A stretch of DNA of 64,000 bases. Source: Vitrella brassicaformis CCMP3155 (lineage: Eukaryota; Protista; Chromerida). Under the pieces are notes generated by a model. The model was not told where the DNA came from. It did not search any database and saw only the letters and a list, made by a program, of their open reading frames with translations. The stretch spans positions 62,001 through 126,000 of the forward strand of contig CDMY01000221.1 of NCBI GenBank assembly GCA_001179505.1, read 5' to 3'. Both the position numbers and the translations under genes were made by a program. Positions 49,201-61,229 of this stretch are shown here, piece by piece; position 1 is the first letter of the stretch; each line of letters starts with the position of its first letter.

Positions 49201-51788
49201 GAGTGGTGTGTGAGGGTGGAGGGATTGCGTGTGGGGTGTGGCTGACTCCCAGCAGCTGGGTCGTTTCCTGGGGTCCTTTTGCAGCAGCCAGTAGCAGATG
49301 CGCGTGATGACCTCGGGGGTGTCTTCGGGCAGGGGGTCCGGGTCGCTCTCACAGATCTCCACAAACAAGGCTTGCATCGAACTCTTAAGAAATAGCCACA
49401 CACAACACAAAGGGGAAACACAACACGACACGCAACCATGTTGTGTTGCTCGCCTCGCCGCAGGGAGTGGCTGGCCCGGCTCAACCGTGTGCCTGCCTGC
49501 CTGCATACGATACGTACGTGTTCAAATGGCCTCTTGAGTGTCACCATCTCATACACAATGCAGCCTGACACAGACAGACAGACAGACAGACACACAGACC
49601 AACATCCACAANNNNNNNNNNNNNNNNNNNNNNNNNNNNNNNNNNNNNNNNNNNNNNNNNNNNNNNNNNNNNNNNNNNNNNNNNNNNNNNNNNNNNNNNN
49701 NNNNNNNNNNNNNNNNNNNNNNNNNNNNNNNNNNNNNNNNNNNNNNNNNNNNNNNNNNNNNNNNNNNNNNNNNNNNNNNNNNNNNNNNNNNNNNNNNNNN
49801 NNNNNNNNNNNNNNNNNNNNNNNNNNNNNNNNNNNNNNNNNNNNNNNNNNNNNNNNNNNNNNNNNNNNNNNNNNNNNNNNNNNNNNNNNNNNNNNNNNNN
49901 NNNNNNNNNNNACCGATGTATTAGCTATCGCTGGCTCACTCACCGAATGCCCACATGTCGGACTCGCGTCCGTAGGACTCGCCGCGGCACAGCTCCGGGC
50001 TCATGAAGTAGGGCGTGCCCACGGACGTCTGGGCCATGGCCGACGTGTTGGACAGCGCCTTGGCGATCCCAAAGTCACCCAACTTGATGCTGTTCTCCTG
50101 CAGACAGACAGACAGCCAAGTCAGCGGTGTGTGTGTGTGGGGTGTGTGGGGTGCGTGTGTGGATGGTGGTGCTGGTTTTCCTGATGCTGACTGACTTTGG
50201 TGAGGAAGAGGTTTTGCGACTTGAGGTCTCTGTGGAGGATGCTCTTTGAGTGGAGGGACATGATGCCCAAAACTATCTGAGCGATCCAATCTGACACACA
50301 TACATCAGAAGGCATACAAACAAACTGTGTGTGGTGGGGTGGGGTGCAGCACGTGTGTGAAGTGGGCACCGACCGGTGATTTGTTCGTGTGGGAACTTCT
50401 GGCCCCTCTCCCTGGTGTCGCGGATCTTGTGGTACAGATTCCCGCCCTCAGCATACTCCTACGACCGCACACGCACACGCACACGCACATCCATCCATCC
50501 ACTCATGCACACATCTCTCTCGTCACACAGCCAGACATCCTCTCTCTCTGTGTGTGTGTGTGTGTGTGTGTGCCCACCATGACGATGCTGATAGTGTCGT
50601 CGCTGATCCAGCTGTCGTAATAGCGCACGACAGTGGGACCGGACAGCAACTGAACATACACACACACACACACACACGCATTCGTGCATCCATCCATCCA
50701 TCCATCCATTGGTCCACACGCTGGCTGGCTGACTTTGAGAAGGACGACTTCGTTTTCAGCCAGCTTGCGCTCAGCGTCGGACATGTACTCGGTCTTGATC
50801 TCCTTGAGAGCCAAGATCTCATTGTCACGCACACGACGAACCAAATGCACAGACCTGACACACAGACAGACAGACAGACAGACGGACGACTCACATGTGC
50901 ATCTGAGTGTCCGCAGCTAGCTATGTGTGCGACACGCACCCCGAGGCGCCTCTGCCGATGGTTTCCAGCCGCTCGTAGACCTCGTTGCCGGCCGGCTTGG
51001 CCTTGTTCTTTTTCCCGAAGTACTTGTACACCCCCTTCAACACCTGCACAGGCACAGGCACACAGCCAGTGAGTGACACACAGACACAGACACAGTAGTG
51101 GGTGGATTGGGAGAGGGAGGGGAGCGAGTGAAGGGTATGGTTGCAATATGCCTGCCTGCAGCTGAATGGGTTTGACGAGGTAGTCTTTGGCGCCCCGGTC
51201 GATGCACATGGAAATGATCGACACCTCCTCGTTGGCACTCATCATCACCACCGGCACGTCAGCCAACCGGTGGTCCTCCTTCAAATGAGTCAGCAACTCT
51301 ATACCATCCTGCCACCAGCCAAACAACACGACCAGCCAGCCCCACACAGACACACACACAATAAGACAGTCAATGTGAGAATATGTCGGTCGGTGTGCCT
51401 GCCTGTCTGTCTGTCTGTCTGTTAACTCCCCGCCCCCCCTCTGACCATTTCAGGCATGACAATGTCACACAGCACGAGATCGATGAAGTCCTCGTCGCCC
51501 CGCGCCTCGGCCTCCTCCGCCATGCGGGTCATCCCATCCAGTGCCAGCGCACCATTGTCAAACGCACTCACTGCACACCACACACCGAAAGAACGAAACA
51601 CAGCAAAAGACAGACAGACAGTGTGGTTGGTCCTTCTTCCACGTGTCTGTCGTCTGTCGTGTTGTGTGTTGGGGTGAGGGGCACGAACCCTTGTATCCAC
51701 AGAGTGTGAGGATGTCGATGAGTGCCAGCCGCTGGAAGGCGTTGTCCTCCACCAACACGATGTGCCGCGTCTGGCTCACTATCGACAT
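45877..51788 (-). CDS. Response-regulator receiver + NEK(NIMA)-type Ser/Thr kinase + DEP + DUF547-like multidomain protein
   Basis: REC: IVLVEDN, LVLCDIVMPEMDG, VVMMSA, DYLVKP. Kinase: IGRGASG, ALKEI, EYAEGGNL, LHRDLKSQNLFL, KLGDFGIAK, VGTPYFMSPELC, DMWAFGC. DEP: VFSAPNLVDFL...RERAGGIAQDMVDVGLL...FEDDPSKKLRF. DUF547-like: SKLNRTERKAFFLNI, FFKHYANDFG. Splice phases are consistent across the kinase-DEP junction. Confidence 0.88.
46308..46607. other. Assembly gap (300 N)
   Basis: Run of N inside the DUF547-like region. Confidence 1.
49612..49911. other. Assembly gap (300 N)
   Basis: Run of N inside a kinase-domain intron; the flanking exons (MWAFG|CIVYEM) still join. Confidence 1.
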
Positions 51789-52196
51789 GATGACTCCTCA
51801 CCGCCGAACAAACACTCAAATGGATGGCCCAGCAAAGAGGAAGAGCACACGGACGGCTGTGAGTGAGTGAGGCCCCTCTGCCGACTCAAAAATCCCTGCT
51901 CTGCTGTAGAGGGAGGCCTCTGCGCCTTCAGCTTATTTATTGATGGTTGTTTCTGCCTTGCCTGTTTCTGTCGTTCGAAGGCGGGGGCTCGGGCTGCGTG
52001 GGAGCCCTTCCGACGACTTGTCCAGTGCTGTTCTCGTGTTTCTTTTCCCCTTCCCCTTTCCTGCGAGCCAAGCTCGCAGCCCGGCTTCCGTGAAACCACA
52101 CAGGGGAGGTAGTGAAGCCGGATGAAGGCAAGATGAGCAGCCTTCTCCCCAGCAGAGGCGTGTGTATCAGCACTTGACGCGAGGTGAGGCCGGCCA

Positions 52197-55100
52197 TGGA
52201 TGACGAGGCGTCCCGTAAGCCAAAGAAGACCAGGAGAGGAGGCAAGTCAAAGAGGAAAAAGGACGACGGAACACCAGCACCCACAGATCCACCGCCAGCG
52301 CCACCACCGCCCGAAGACGAGGCAACAGATGCCGTCCAACCGCCCTCATCTTCGTCGGCAGATCTGCCTGGGCCTGCGCCGGCTGCAGCAGCAGAAGCTG
52401 CAACTGCAGCAGCTGCAACTGTAGGGGGTGGAGCGGTGCTGCAGGCTGAGGAAGCGCCTGGTCACGGTCATGCGGATGTGGCAGTGACCGGCGAGGACAC
52501 TGGGGATGTGGTCGAGTGCGCGTGGAAGGACATCACCCAAGTGGTCAGGCAGGCGCCCAAAGGTCAGTCCGTCAGTGAGCCACCCACTCAGTCAGTCAGT
52601 CAGTCAGTCAGTCAAATTGACGGGGCGGGGGAGTGCTCACTCTCACTCCCTCTGCATGGACTGGCTGTGCCTGTGTGTGCTGATTGCATATACGCCATCC
52701 ACCGATGCATCTGTCCATCCATATGTCCATCAGAGATGCCGCTAGGCCACTACGTGGCGAGCAACCGTTTCTCGCTGGAGCACGGCCTCAACTGCATCGA
52801 GATGATGGACCCCAAGATGGACAGCGGCATCCACCCGCAGCGCAGGCTCACTGTCGACAAGTGCCGGCGCAAGAGGCTCGTCCCCACGACCCTCTCCGGC
52901 CGCATGCTGCAGAAGATCACCAACCAGCTGCTGGTCGTCTGGGAGCTCGTCCTGCAGGGCTACGCCCCCTCCTACACCCTCATGACCTTCCTCTTCTACC
53001 ACGACACCACCCTCCTCCGACCATTCCCACTCCTCCAGGCCTTCAGCAAGGGCGTCTTGATCGCCTGCAGCGCAGCACTGAGGCTCACTTGCAAGTCAGA
53101 CGTCATGGACGACGAGGAGGCCTTCGCCAGCCTGGAGCACTTCTCGCCCCAGCCCCCACCCACCCCGCCGGTCGCAGAGACCCTGCGGGAGCTGGAGAGC
53201 GCCCGGGGGCAGCTGAGCGACGCGCAGAAGCGGCTCGAGGCCGAGGGCAAGGTCGGTGAGCTCGACTACATGATGGGCGAGAACGACAACCGCACCCTCG
53301 ACACGTCCGACCTGCCGGGCGGCGAGACGGAGGCCCTGGAGACGGCCAGGGAGGCCAAGTCGCTCCTGGCGCGCTTCACCTTTCTGCTGCACTACCTGAG
53401 GGGGCTGGAGGCCTTCGAGAAGCTTGCGAGCTCCGCCCCGAGCACATCCGCAGCCACATCCAGCCCCACCGCCCCGCCCTCGTCAGTGGTCAAGCAGCTG
53501 GATCAGGTGTGTGTGAGCATGCGCAAGGCCAAGGAGGCCTTTCACGATGGCTACAAGGTCATGTACTCGGCCCCCCCGCCGTCGCCCATCTTCGACATGG
53601 AGCTCATCCGACACGAGATGACGCTGGGGGCGCCCCGGTACCCCCCGCCGATGGATGTCCTCGAGGCCGTCAAGAGCTTTCAGCTGCACCTGGCCGACAT
53701 CCTGTTCGCCCTCGAGTCGGCACCAAGGGCCTACAGGCAGTCGTATGCCGACCTCTTCGCCTACCAGCGGGAGCTCCTCTCACGCCCCTCGAGCGACTCG
53801 GAGGCCCTCCCCCGGGTCATGTCCAAGCTCCTCATCGAGACCCTCCTCGACTCGGCCACACGTGAGGAGCGGTCGGCGGGCGAGCCGAGCGGCGGGTGGT
53901 CCACCCCCTCCACACACACATCCACGACGCCTTCATCGTCGTCTCAGCGGATGGCCAACGGGACGGACAAGGGCAGCGGGTCGCTTCCCAACCTCCCCAG
54001 CACACGGGGGCTGATTGTCAAGCTCCTCGTCGACGCAATGGTGCCCAGCGAGGCTCTCGTCGAGCCGGAGGATGACGGCGACCACCATCAGCAGCAGCAG
54101 CAGCAGGAGACCGAGGGCGCCTCCACGCCAGCCAGCGGCAACGGCAGCGTTGTGAGCGGGCCGAGGGACAGGAGGGGCAATGGCAAGAAGAAGAAGGGCA
54201 GCCAGCTGCCGTCGCTGTCGCCAGCGTCCAAGAAGGCTGACAAGGGCGGCGGCAAGAAGGCCGGGAGCGGCAATGCGGCTGGGGGGGCGGACGAGCTGGA
54301 GCTGGAGATGAGCGAAAACGACCAGACGATGCAGAGGTGTCGGCACGTGTGCAAGCGGTTCATCGACGCCGCGGCACTGCTCCTCAGGTCACTCATCAAG
54401 GTACGGACGTACGTACGGGTTGAGCAGATGGATGGAATATATAGATGGCTGCAGTCACTGCAGTCAGGCCGGCCAGTGTAGTGTATTGATTGCGTGTGTC
54501 GTGTCTTATTCTATGCACGTATCGCATGCATCAGTTGGCCCACCAGCACAAGAGTCGGATCTACCGGAAGTTCACGCACATCTTCGCTGAGGTGGAGACG
54601 CTGCTGCCCCTCGCAGAGCAGGTCGACAAACAACTCGCGGACACATTCGGCGGAAACCTCGCCATCAGGTGGGGAAAACGACTTCCCCCCCCTCGCCACC
54701 CAACCCACCGTAGCGCGCGCTCACGTGTGTGTGTGTGTGTGTGTGTGATGATGATGATGTGTGCAGGGGTCCGTGTGTGCGATGGCTGCAGGAGTTGTCC
54801 CTTCAGTTCCTGGGCGAGCGGCTGGCGCTGGGCTTCGAGCTGCAGCTCTACGACGACGAGGAGAACTGGATGATCTACTGGTACGCACGATCCAACAATA
54901 ACGACCCTCTCCGTCTCTTTGTCTGTCCATCGACACGTCCCCCTGTCTGTCTGTGTGTGCGTCGTGTGGTGCCCCAGGGTCCTGTCACGTGTGCACGAGT
55001 GCCGTGCAGCGATCCTCAGCGAGCGACAGGTGGGTAGGTACCTAAGCCACAAAAACACACACAGCCACACCATGCAGTGCAGGCAATCAAGTCCCTGTCT

Positions 55101-56212
55101 GCCTGTGTGTTTGTTAATCAGCTGGCGTCTGAGGAGCCCCAGGGGTCGAGCACCATCGGCGGTGCCAACAGGCGGAAGGGCGGCGGCAGACTCGCCCTGG
55201 CGGGTCGGGCGGGGGAGGCACGTGACCGCCGAGGAGGTCCGAGTGAGCGGCCAGAGCCGCCCGCCGTGGCACCTGGTGTGGAGAAGACGCGCAAGCCAGC
55301 GCCGCGCCACCCGTCGTCGCAGCTCCTGTATGTCCGCGTGCAGCAGCTCGTTTCCGAGGGGCTCTGGAGGTGCGCAGGCAGACAGATTGGGGCATCGATG
55401 GATGGATGGATGGATGTGGGTCATGTCATGCGTCTTGTGTGTGTGTCAGGTTGTTGTGTCACACCAATTTCGAGGCATCTCATCGGAATCAGCTCAACCG
55501 CGAGTACTTCCTCGAGGTCGAAAGAAAGTGGTTCGTCAGGTCAGCCAGCAAGAAACAGACAGACAGACAGGCAGACAGACAGATGGACGGATGGATGGAT
55601 GGATTGCCATCATACTGAACGCCTCGTGGTGTGTGTGGTTGGGTGGTGGTTGCAGGCTTGCGAATGCGTTGCAGCACGTGGAAATGGGCAAGATATGTTC
55701 GTCTCTCGGCCTGGAGCACTCCTTCTCCTTTAGGGAGTTCCACGACCAAAGCGTCCGCAGCGTCTGGCACGTGAGACACACACACACGCACCTACACGCT
55801 ATGTTCTCTCTGTGTCCCCCCCTGCTGTGCACATCTCGGGGTGCTGTGTTGGTGTCTGTGTCTGTATCCTCCTTAGCATGAAAAGACGCTGCAGCGTGCG
55901 TGCGAGGCGCTGACTGAGGGTCAACAGCTCAACGACAAGCTGCTGAAGAGGAAGAAGGACGGCACCGAAGTGCTGCACCCCGAGATACAGGTGGGTGGGG
56001 GAGCTACAGACTGCACTGCACTGCACCTGAGGCCCGTCATTGGGGGGAGGGGAGTGTATGGCTGTGGGTGTGGGTCGATACGTAGGCTGATTTGCTGGAA
56101 GAGATGAAGGCCCCGATGGAAGCCAACCTCAAGGCAGCCAAGCAGTGAGTAACCACACACACACGGGCAGGGCACACACCTGACCTGTCCACTCATCCTA
56201 CACTCACTCATG

Positions 56213-56258
<46 letters not shown>

Positions 56259-56583
56259 GTGCAGCTATGCGATGGCGATGAATCGGTTCATCAGCGTGGC
56301 CCACAAGCGCGCCTTCCTGCCCTACGTCCTGCTCACCGAGATCGAAATCACACAACACACCAGACAGCCGTACGCCACACACCACGTACCACAACCCTAC
56401 GCTGCGCAGCGCAATACGATCCGACATGCGACCCATCCTGTCGGTCTGTCGCATGGCATGCACGTGTGCGCTGCGCTGTGTGCTGTGCAGTCCACCCCAC
56501 CACCCGATGCCAACGCATTCGCCGCACCCCATCCCCCGCCCCTCCCCGCCGCCATTCCCCCCCGCTCCCGCTGGCGGGACTAG
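52197..56583 (+). CDS. NAA35: N-alpha-acetyltransferase 35, NatC auxiliary subunit (Mak10 family)
   Basis: AWKDITQVV...MPLGHYVASNRFSLEHGLNCIEMMDPKMDSG matches the Mak10 N-terminal signature (W.DIT; FsL.eamsAiEmmDPKMDsG). Later: ERLALGFELQLYDDEENWMIYWY, like LGFEL.LY...E..miYWY. Confidence 0.9.
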
Positions 56584-57104
56584 GCACATAGACTCAGACG
56601 GACACAACACATGACCCACTCAGTAGCACTCGTGTGCGTCATCTGGTGAGGATGGTGGGTTGATGGAGTGACTGGGTGGGTGGGATGGCTGAGTGAATGA
56701 GTCATTGTGTAGCTTTCGAGAGCGCACGTGCACGCTTGATGCGTGCAGTGAGTGCCTTCGTGGTAGAGTCAGCTGACGTTGACCTTCCCGTGTGAGATGG
56801 ATGGATGGACGGACGGATGATACACACCACACCACACCCTTTCTTTGTGTGTGTTTTAATGCGTAATGACGGCCTGCCTTGTCTCGTCTGTCTCCACTCT
56901 CACACAAGAAGTGAGTGTCACGTCACGTGCAGGAGTCGAGTCTAAGAGCTACCCTCGTGAATGCATTTGCAATGCCGAGCCCCATTCACCGGCCACCACC
57001 TACGGTAGGCACACATTTCTCTCTGAATGGGAAAATCCCCATGGACGCCAGTGTGTCCGTCCATCCATCCATCCATCGACTGCACACCACACCCGACCAC
57101 CCAT

Positions 57105-58500
57105 TCATTCACTTCTTCTCTCCCCCCTTCTCTCCCCACCGCTGTCGTCGCCGCCTTCTCCGTCAGATTGTTGCTGGTCTGCATCCGCTGCAGGCCTTGG
57201 CGTCGTCGACTCCTGCTGCTGCTCTTTTTGTTGCTGCTGGGTAGGGGTAGGGGTTGGGGGCTCGTCCAGCACATCGACATCAGGCTGCTGCCACGACAGC
57301 GTCCACGGCCGGCCCTCCTGTTTCTGCAGATCCTCCAAGATGCTCAGCGTCAGGAAGATAATCCTCATCTGCACCCCAACACACACAGGTGGGTGACAGA
57401 CAGAGTGTCTCCCTGAATGGAATCAAGTACCCCTCCTTCCTCTGGGGGTTTTGTGTGTGGTGGAACGTACCGATTGCTGAAGCATGGCCTGCTCGATTGG
57501 CGTCCGAACCTTGTCGCTTCCCGTGCGCGAGATCATTTCCTCCTGAGGTGGCAGACAGCAGATCGAGATCCTCCTGCCCGCTCAGCCCGTGCGCTCACCA
57601 GCTTGAGCCGCCTGAGGTCGAATCCCCTCCTGTGGGCCTCCACGACGTTTGCCACGAAGGGGCTGAACTTCTCCTCAAACGAAATCGAGAGCTGACTCGG
57701 CGACTCGCGCAGCTGCGGCCATCTGAGAGAACACACAGCAGACCCCAAGCACTAGGAGATGCTGCCCGTGTGCCGGCGGTGTGCGTGAGGTCTGTGTGTT
57801 CATTGCATACCCGACGGTTTGCAAGGTCAGGAAGATCAGCGACATCCATATCGTCCTCAGCTCGGCCTCATCTGGCTGGCACAAACCATGGCAAAGAAAG
57901 GCAAACAAACGGTCGTGTACACGCGTCAAGCTGGCTGGCACGTCAGTCACCCATGTCACCTCACCCACCATCAGCGGCCTGCACACAGCGACAGACAAAA
58001 AACAGCAGACCAGATTAGCTATCGGATGCTCACTCAGTCGGGCACTCATTCACTCACTCACTGACCGTTCGATGGATGGCTTGTCGACAGTGGAGACCTC
58101 CAAAAGCAGCGCCGGCATGTTGAACCCCTTCTCGTACGCCGTTATCACGGGTCGGATGAACTGACGCAGCGTCTCCTGGTAGTCCTGCACACACACAGAG
58201 ATCAGCACCCACAGATCACATCATTAAGTGGGATCAGGCCACCGGATGACATGACCGACTGACCAGATCAGTCCTGCTGCAGGCAGCGATGAAGGCCTTC
58301 TCAATCGCCTCCGCCACCTCGTGAGTCCCCCCTCCGCTCTGCGGCAGCAGTGACATCCTCATGGGCCACCTGATGTGGTGGTGATGGAGCGCACCGCGAT
58401 AGCTGGAACACAGGTGATGCGGCCTTGATGGGGAGATGAAGGCGGCCGCGGTTGTGGTTGTAAGAGCAAGGCAGGCAATACAGACCAGCCTCCTCTTCAT
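57105..58500 (-). CDS. Predicted plastid-targeted hypothetical protein with an internal tandem duplication
   Basis: Bipartite leader MKRRLVCIACLALTTTTAAA-F-ISPSRPHHL... (signal peptide, then Phe and a transit-like region). Two similar units, each ending in IFLTL. Confidence 0.75.
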
Positions 58501-58804
58501 CCACCCCCGTACGCTTGCCGCTCCAGCTCCTCGCCTCAATGCATCATGCTCGCGCTCAACCGCAAGATCTGCCTCGGCATCCCTTCCCAAGTCATCTGGT
58601 TGGGCCTGCATCTCTCGTTTGCGACCTGGCATGATCTCCGGCCGTTGTCCGCTGGTTGACCTGGTCTCACCCATCAGAGTAAGCTTCGGGGAACGCAGAC
58701 GTCTTGGCACTCTCTTTTTGAGACTGCGAGCTCCATTAGAGTGGGGGCGGTCTCAACGAAGCTTGTCTCAACGAAGCCTCTCCCCCGCTTCTTCCGATTC
58801 GACG

Positions 58805-60215
58805 ATGCTTTTTTTGCTGGGCCTCGTGTTTCTTCCCAGTTTGGTGTCTTCCGGCTTCCTTCCTGTGTCCACCAACAATAGCAATGCCATCGGGAAGCCC
58901 CGCGGTGTGACGGCACCCGTTCCTGACCTCCTGGTAGGCTGCCACAGCCCCTTCCACGCGCTGCCCTTCCCCGTTCCCTTGAACTACAAGCAGACCAAGG
59001 CAGAGAAACAAGCATGGCTCCACGAGTATGTTAAGCGATGATCAATGATGACGAGACACAATTGACGAAAGACTTCTGCATGCATGCATGACATTGTGTG
59101 CAGTTACGACCAGCATGTGGCATATGCTGACCTTCCATACCGCAACTTTAGCGCCCCTGAAGTGCCAACAACCTCTGCAGCGTTCCCCAAAGGAGTTTTC
59201 CCTCGAAAGCTCTGTGAGGCTCGCTCTCAAAAATATGCATGTCACAAAGTGCAAATCGACCATCGTGACGTCTTTTCTCTTGATCACCGTGCGTGTCTGC
59301 TTTGTCAAGATGGGTTCAACCCGGATGAGTTCCAGGTATTCTGGCAGACTCAAGAAGGGAACATTCTGGTGGACTCCGGCCGCTTGTGTGGGAAGAAAGA
59401 TGGCGATTCCTGTATGCCCCGTAAGTGAGTTCGGGTTGTTGGCGTTTCCATGAAGATAAGCACGTCAGGTCATGAATTTCACATCCGTGTGTGCACAGAC
59501 AAATGGCCGCGGGACGTGCTGGCCGGCCCCGTCCCGCACTACTGGCAGATGAACCTTTTGGACACGGAACAGATCCAAATCGGTAGGACGTCTTCGTCTT
59601 CGATGATTTCGTCTCAAGCGCTCCTCCGGCAAAAGTGTGTAAATGCTTTGTCTCCTGTCTGTATGCCCACAGCTCTCAATAATTTAGACCTGCCGCTCAA
59701 TCACTTCACCGGAATTTGGTTCCACAACTGTCATCGAGTGAGACACCACACAGTGTGGGCTCCTTTTCTCGCAACACCGCTGTGCCATCTCCGAATGTGT
59801 CTCTCTTCCTATCTTGTAGGACATGTTTTTCGAGGAAGCCATGCAGTTGGCCCCGGATGAAGCCAACCCTGGCAGGTATCTTCCGTATCGGGCCCCCAAT
59901 CAGATCATGTGGATGGTGACCGCGTCCCTCCTGGCACATACGGAAGACGCCTATATGATCAACACCATCTTCCCCGCCCTCTTCTGGCAAGGAGAGCCGT
60001 GCGAGTGCGCATTCGCCAACCAGTACTGCGCCTTTCATTCGGCGTTTGGACGAGAGATGTGCTGGCCATCGCACAGCGTGGCTCTTAACTTCGACATGAG
60101 CATGTCGGTCCTTGAGGGCCTCGGATGGCGCATCGCCGGCGGAGTGGACGTGGGGGACTATATCTCAGGAAAGGAAATATTCCAAAAATTTGCAACGATT
60201 TTCCAGCGTATTTAA
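58805..60215 (+). CDS. Secreted Cys-containing hypothetical protein (5 exons)
   Basis: MLFLLGLVFLPSLVSSG leader. Exons join in phase: AWLHD|YDQHVAY...DSCMP|HKWPRD...QIQI|ALNNLD...NCHR|DMFFEEAMQ...TIFQRI*. Confidence 0.65.
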
Positions 60216-60260
60216 ATCAACAGACACCGACAAAGAGCGATGGGGGCAGGGAGAGAGGGG

Positions 60261-60295
<35 letters not shown>

Positions 60296-60639
60296 AGAGA
60301 GTGCTCGACGTCAAGACAGAATCGATACGAGTGAGGAAATCGATAGAACGAGCGGTCGGGAGGATAAATGACGGGGGGCCGGCGGAAGTGACGCGACTTG
60401 TGTCTGCAAACATTGACAGTCTGAGGTGGATACACAGACACGTACACCGAGCAAACCTTCATACGTCCAAGCCTTCTCACACATCGAAGAAAAAGACGGC
60501 TACATGTGTGATCCGTGCCGTTCGACGCACCAGCAGAGCATGAGTGACGTATTGAAGTACACACAGCACAGACAGATGGAAGCCATTCGTCGCGCGGACG
60601 GAATCTTGCACACACGCAGTCTCACGCACCCAATCGAGA

Positions 60640-60760
60640 TGCACACGCAATTGGCACCATGCCGAGATGCACACGCACCCAACGTTCATCGACTGTTCGT
60701 TGCACATGCACCCGACCGATCGTTCGTTGCACACGCACCCAACCGACCTTTCGTCATTGC
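60640..60760. repeat. Degenerate tandem repeat of about 27 bp (TTCGTTGCACA[C/T]GCACCC[A/G]ACCGA...)
   Basis: About 3-4 imperfect units sharing a TGCACA[C/T]GCA core, seen directly. Confidence 0.6.
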
Positions 60761-61229
60761 AGATCTGCCCATCTTGTGGCTGTTGGCTGCTTCCAGTGGC
60801 TAATCTGTCTGCAACTGCAGATATGTCGGTAGATGGAGGTGCGCGTTTTCCTGCGCCACGTATGTTATGGCCGCCGCGTGAACTCTACCTACTCTGCAGT
60901 GGACTCTGAGCGGATGGTACTCTTGGTTCATGTCCAAATGCATGTGTCTCCTTTCTCATGCAGCCGTCCACCGATCCAGTCATCCATTCAGACAGACAGA
61001 CAGACAGACAGACAGATATGCACAGGACACGCGCAGTCGCGACAGCAGCTGGTGCTTAAAGGAAAAGGCAGCGTGTAATGCAACGAGGAACGGCTGCTTT
61101 GATTTCCCACAAACAGGTCAAGCACTCACTTAGTCGCATTTTCCTCTGAAGGATCCCTGTCCGGTTGCTTTTATGATGTCCTTGTTGTTCCTCACTTGTT
61201 GTTCTGCCATGCAGCCCTTCGCGGGCGGT

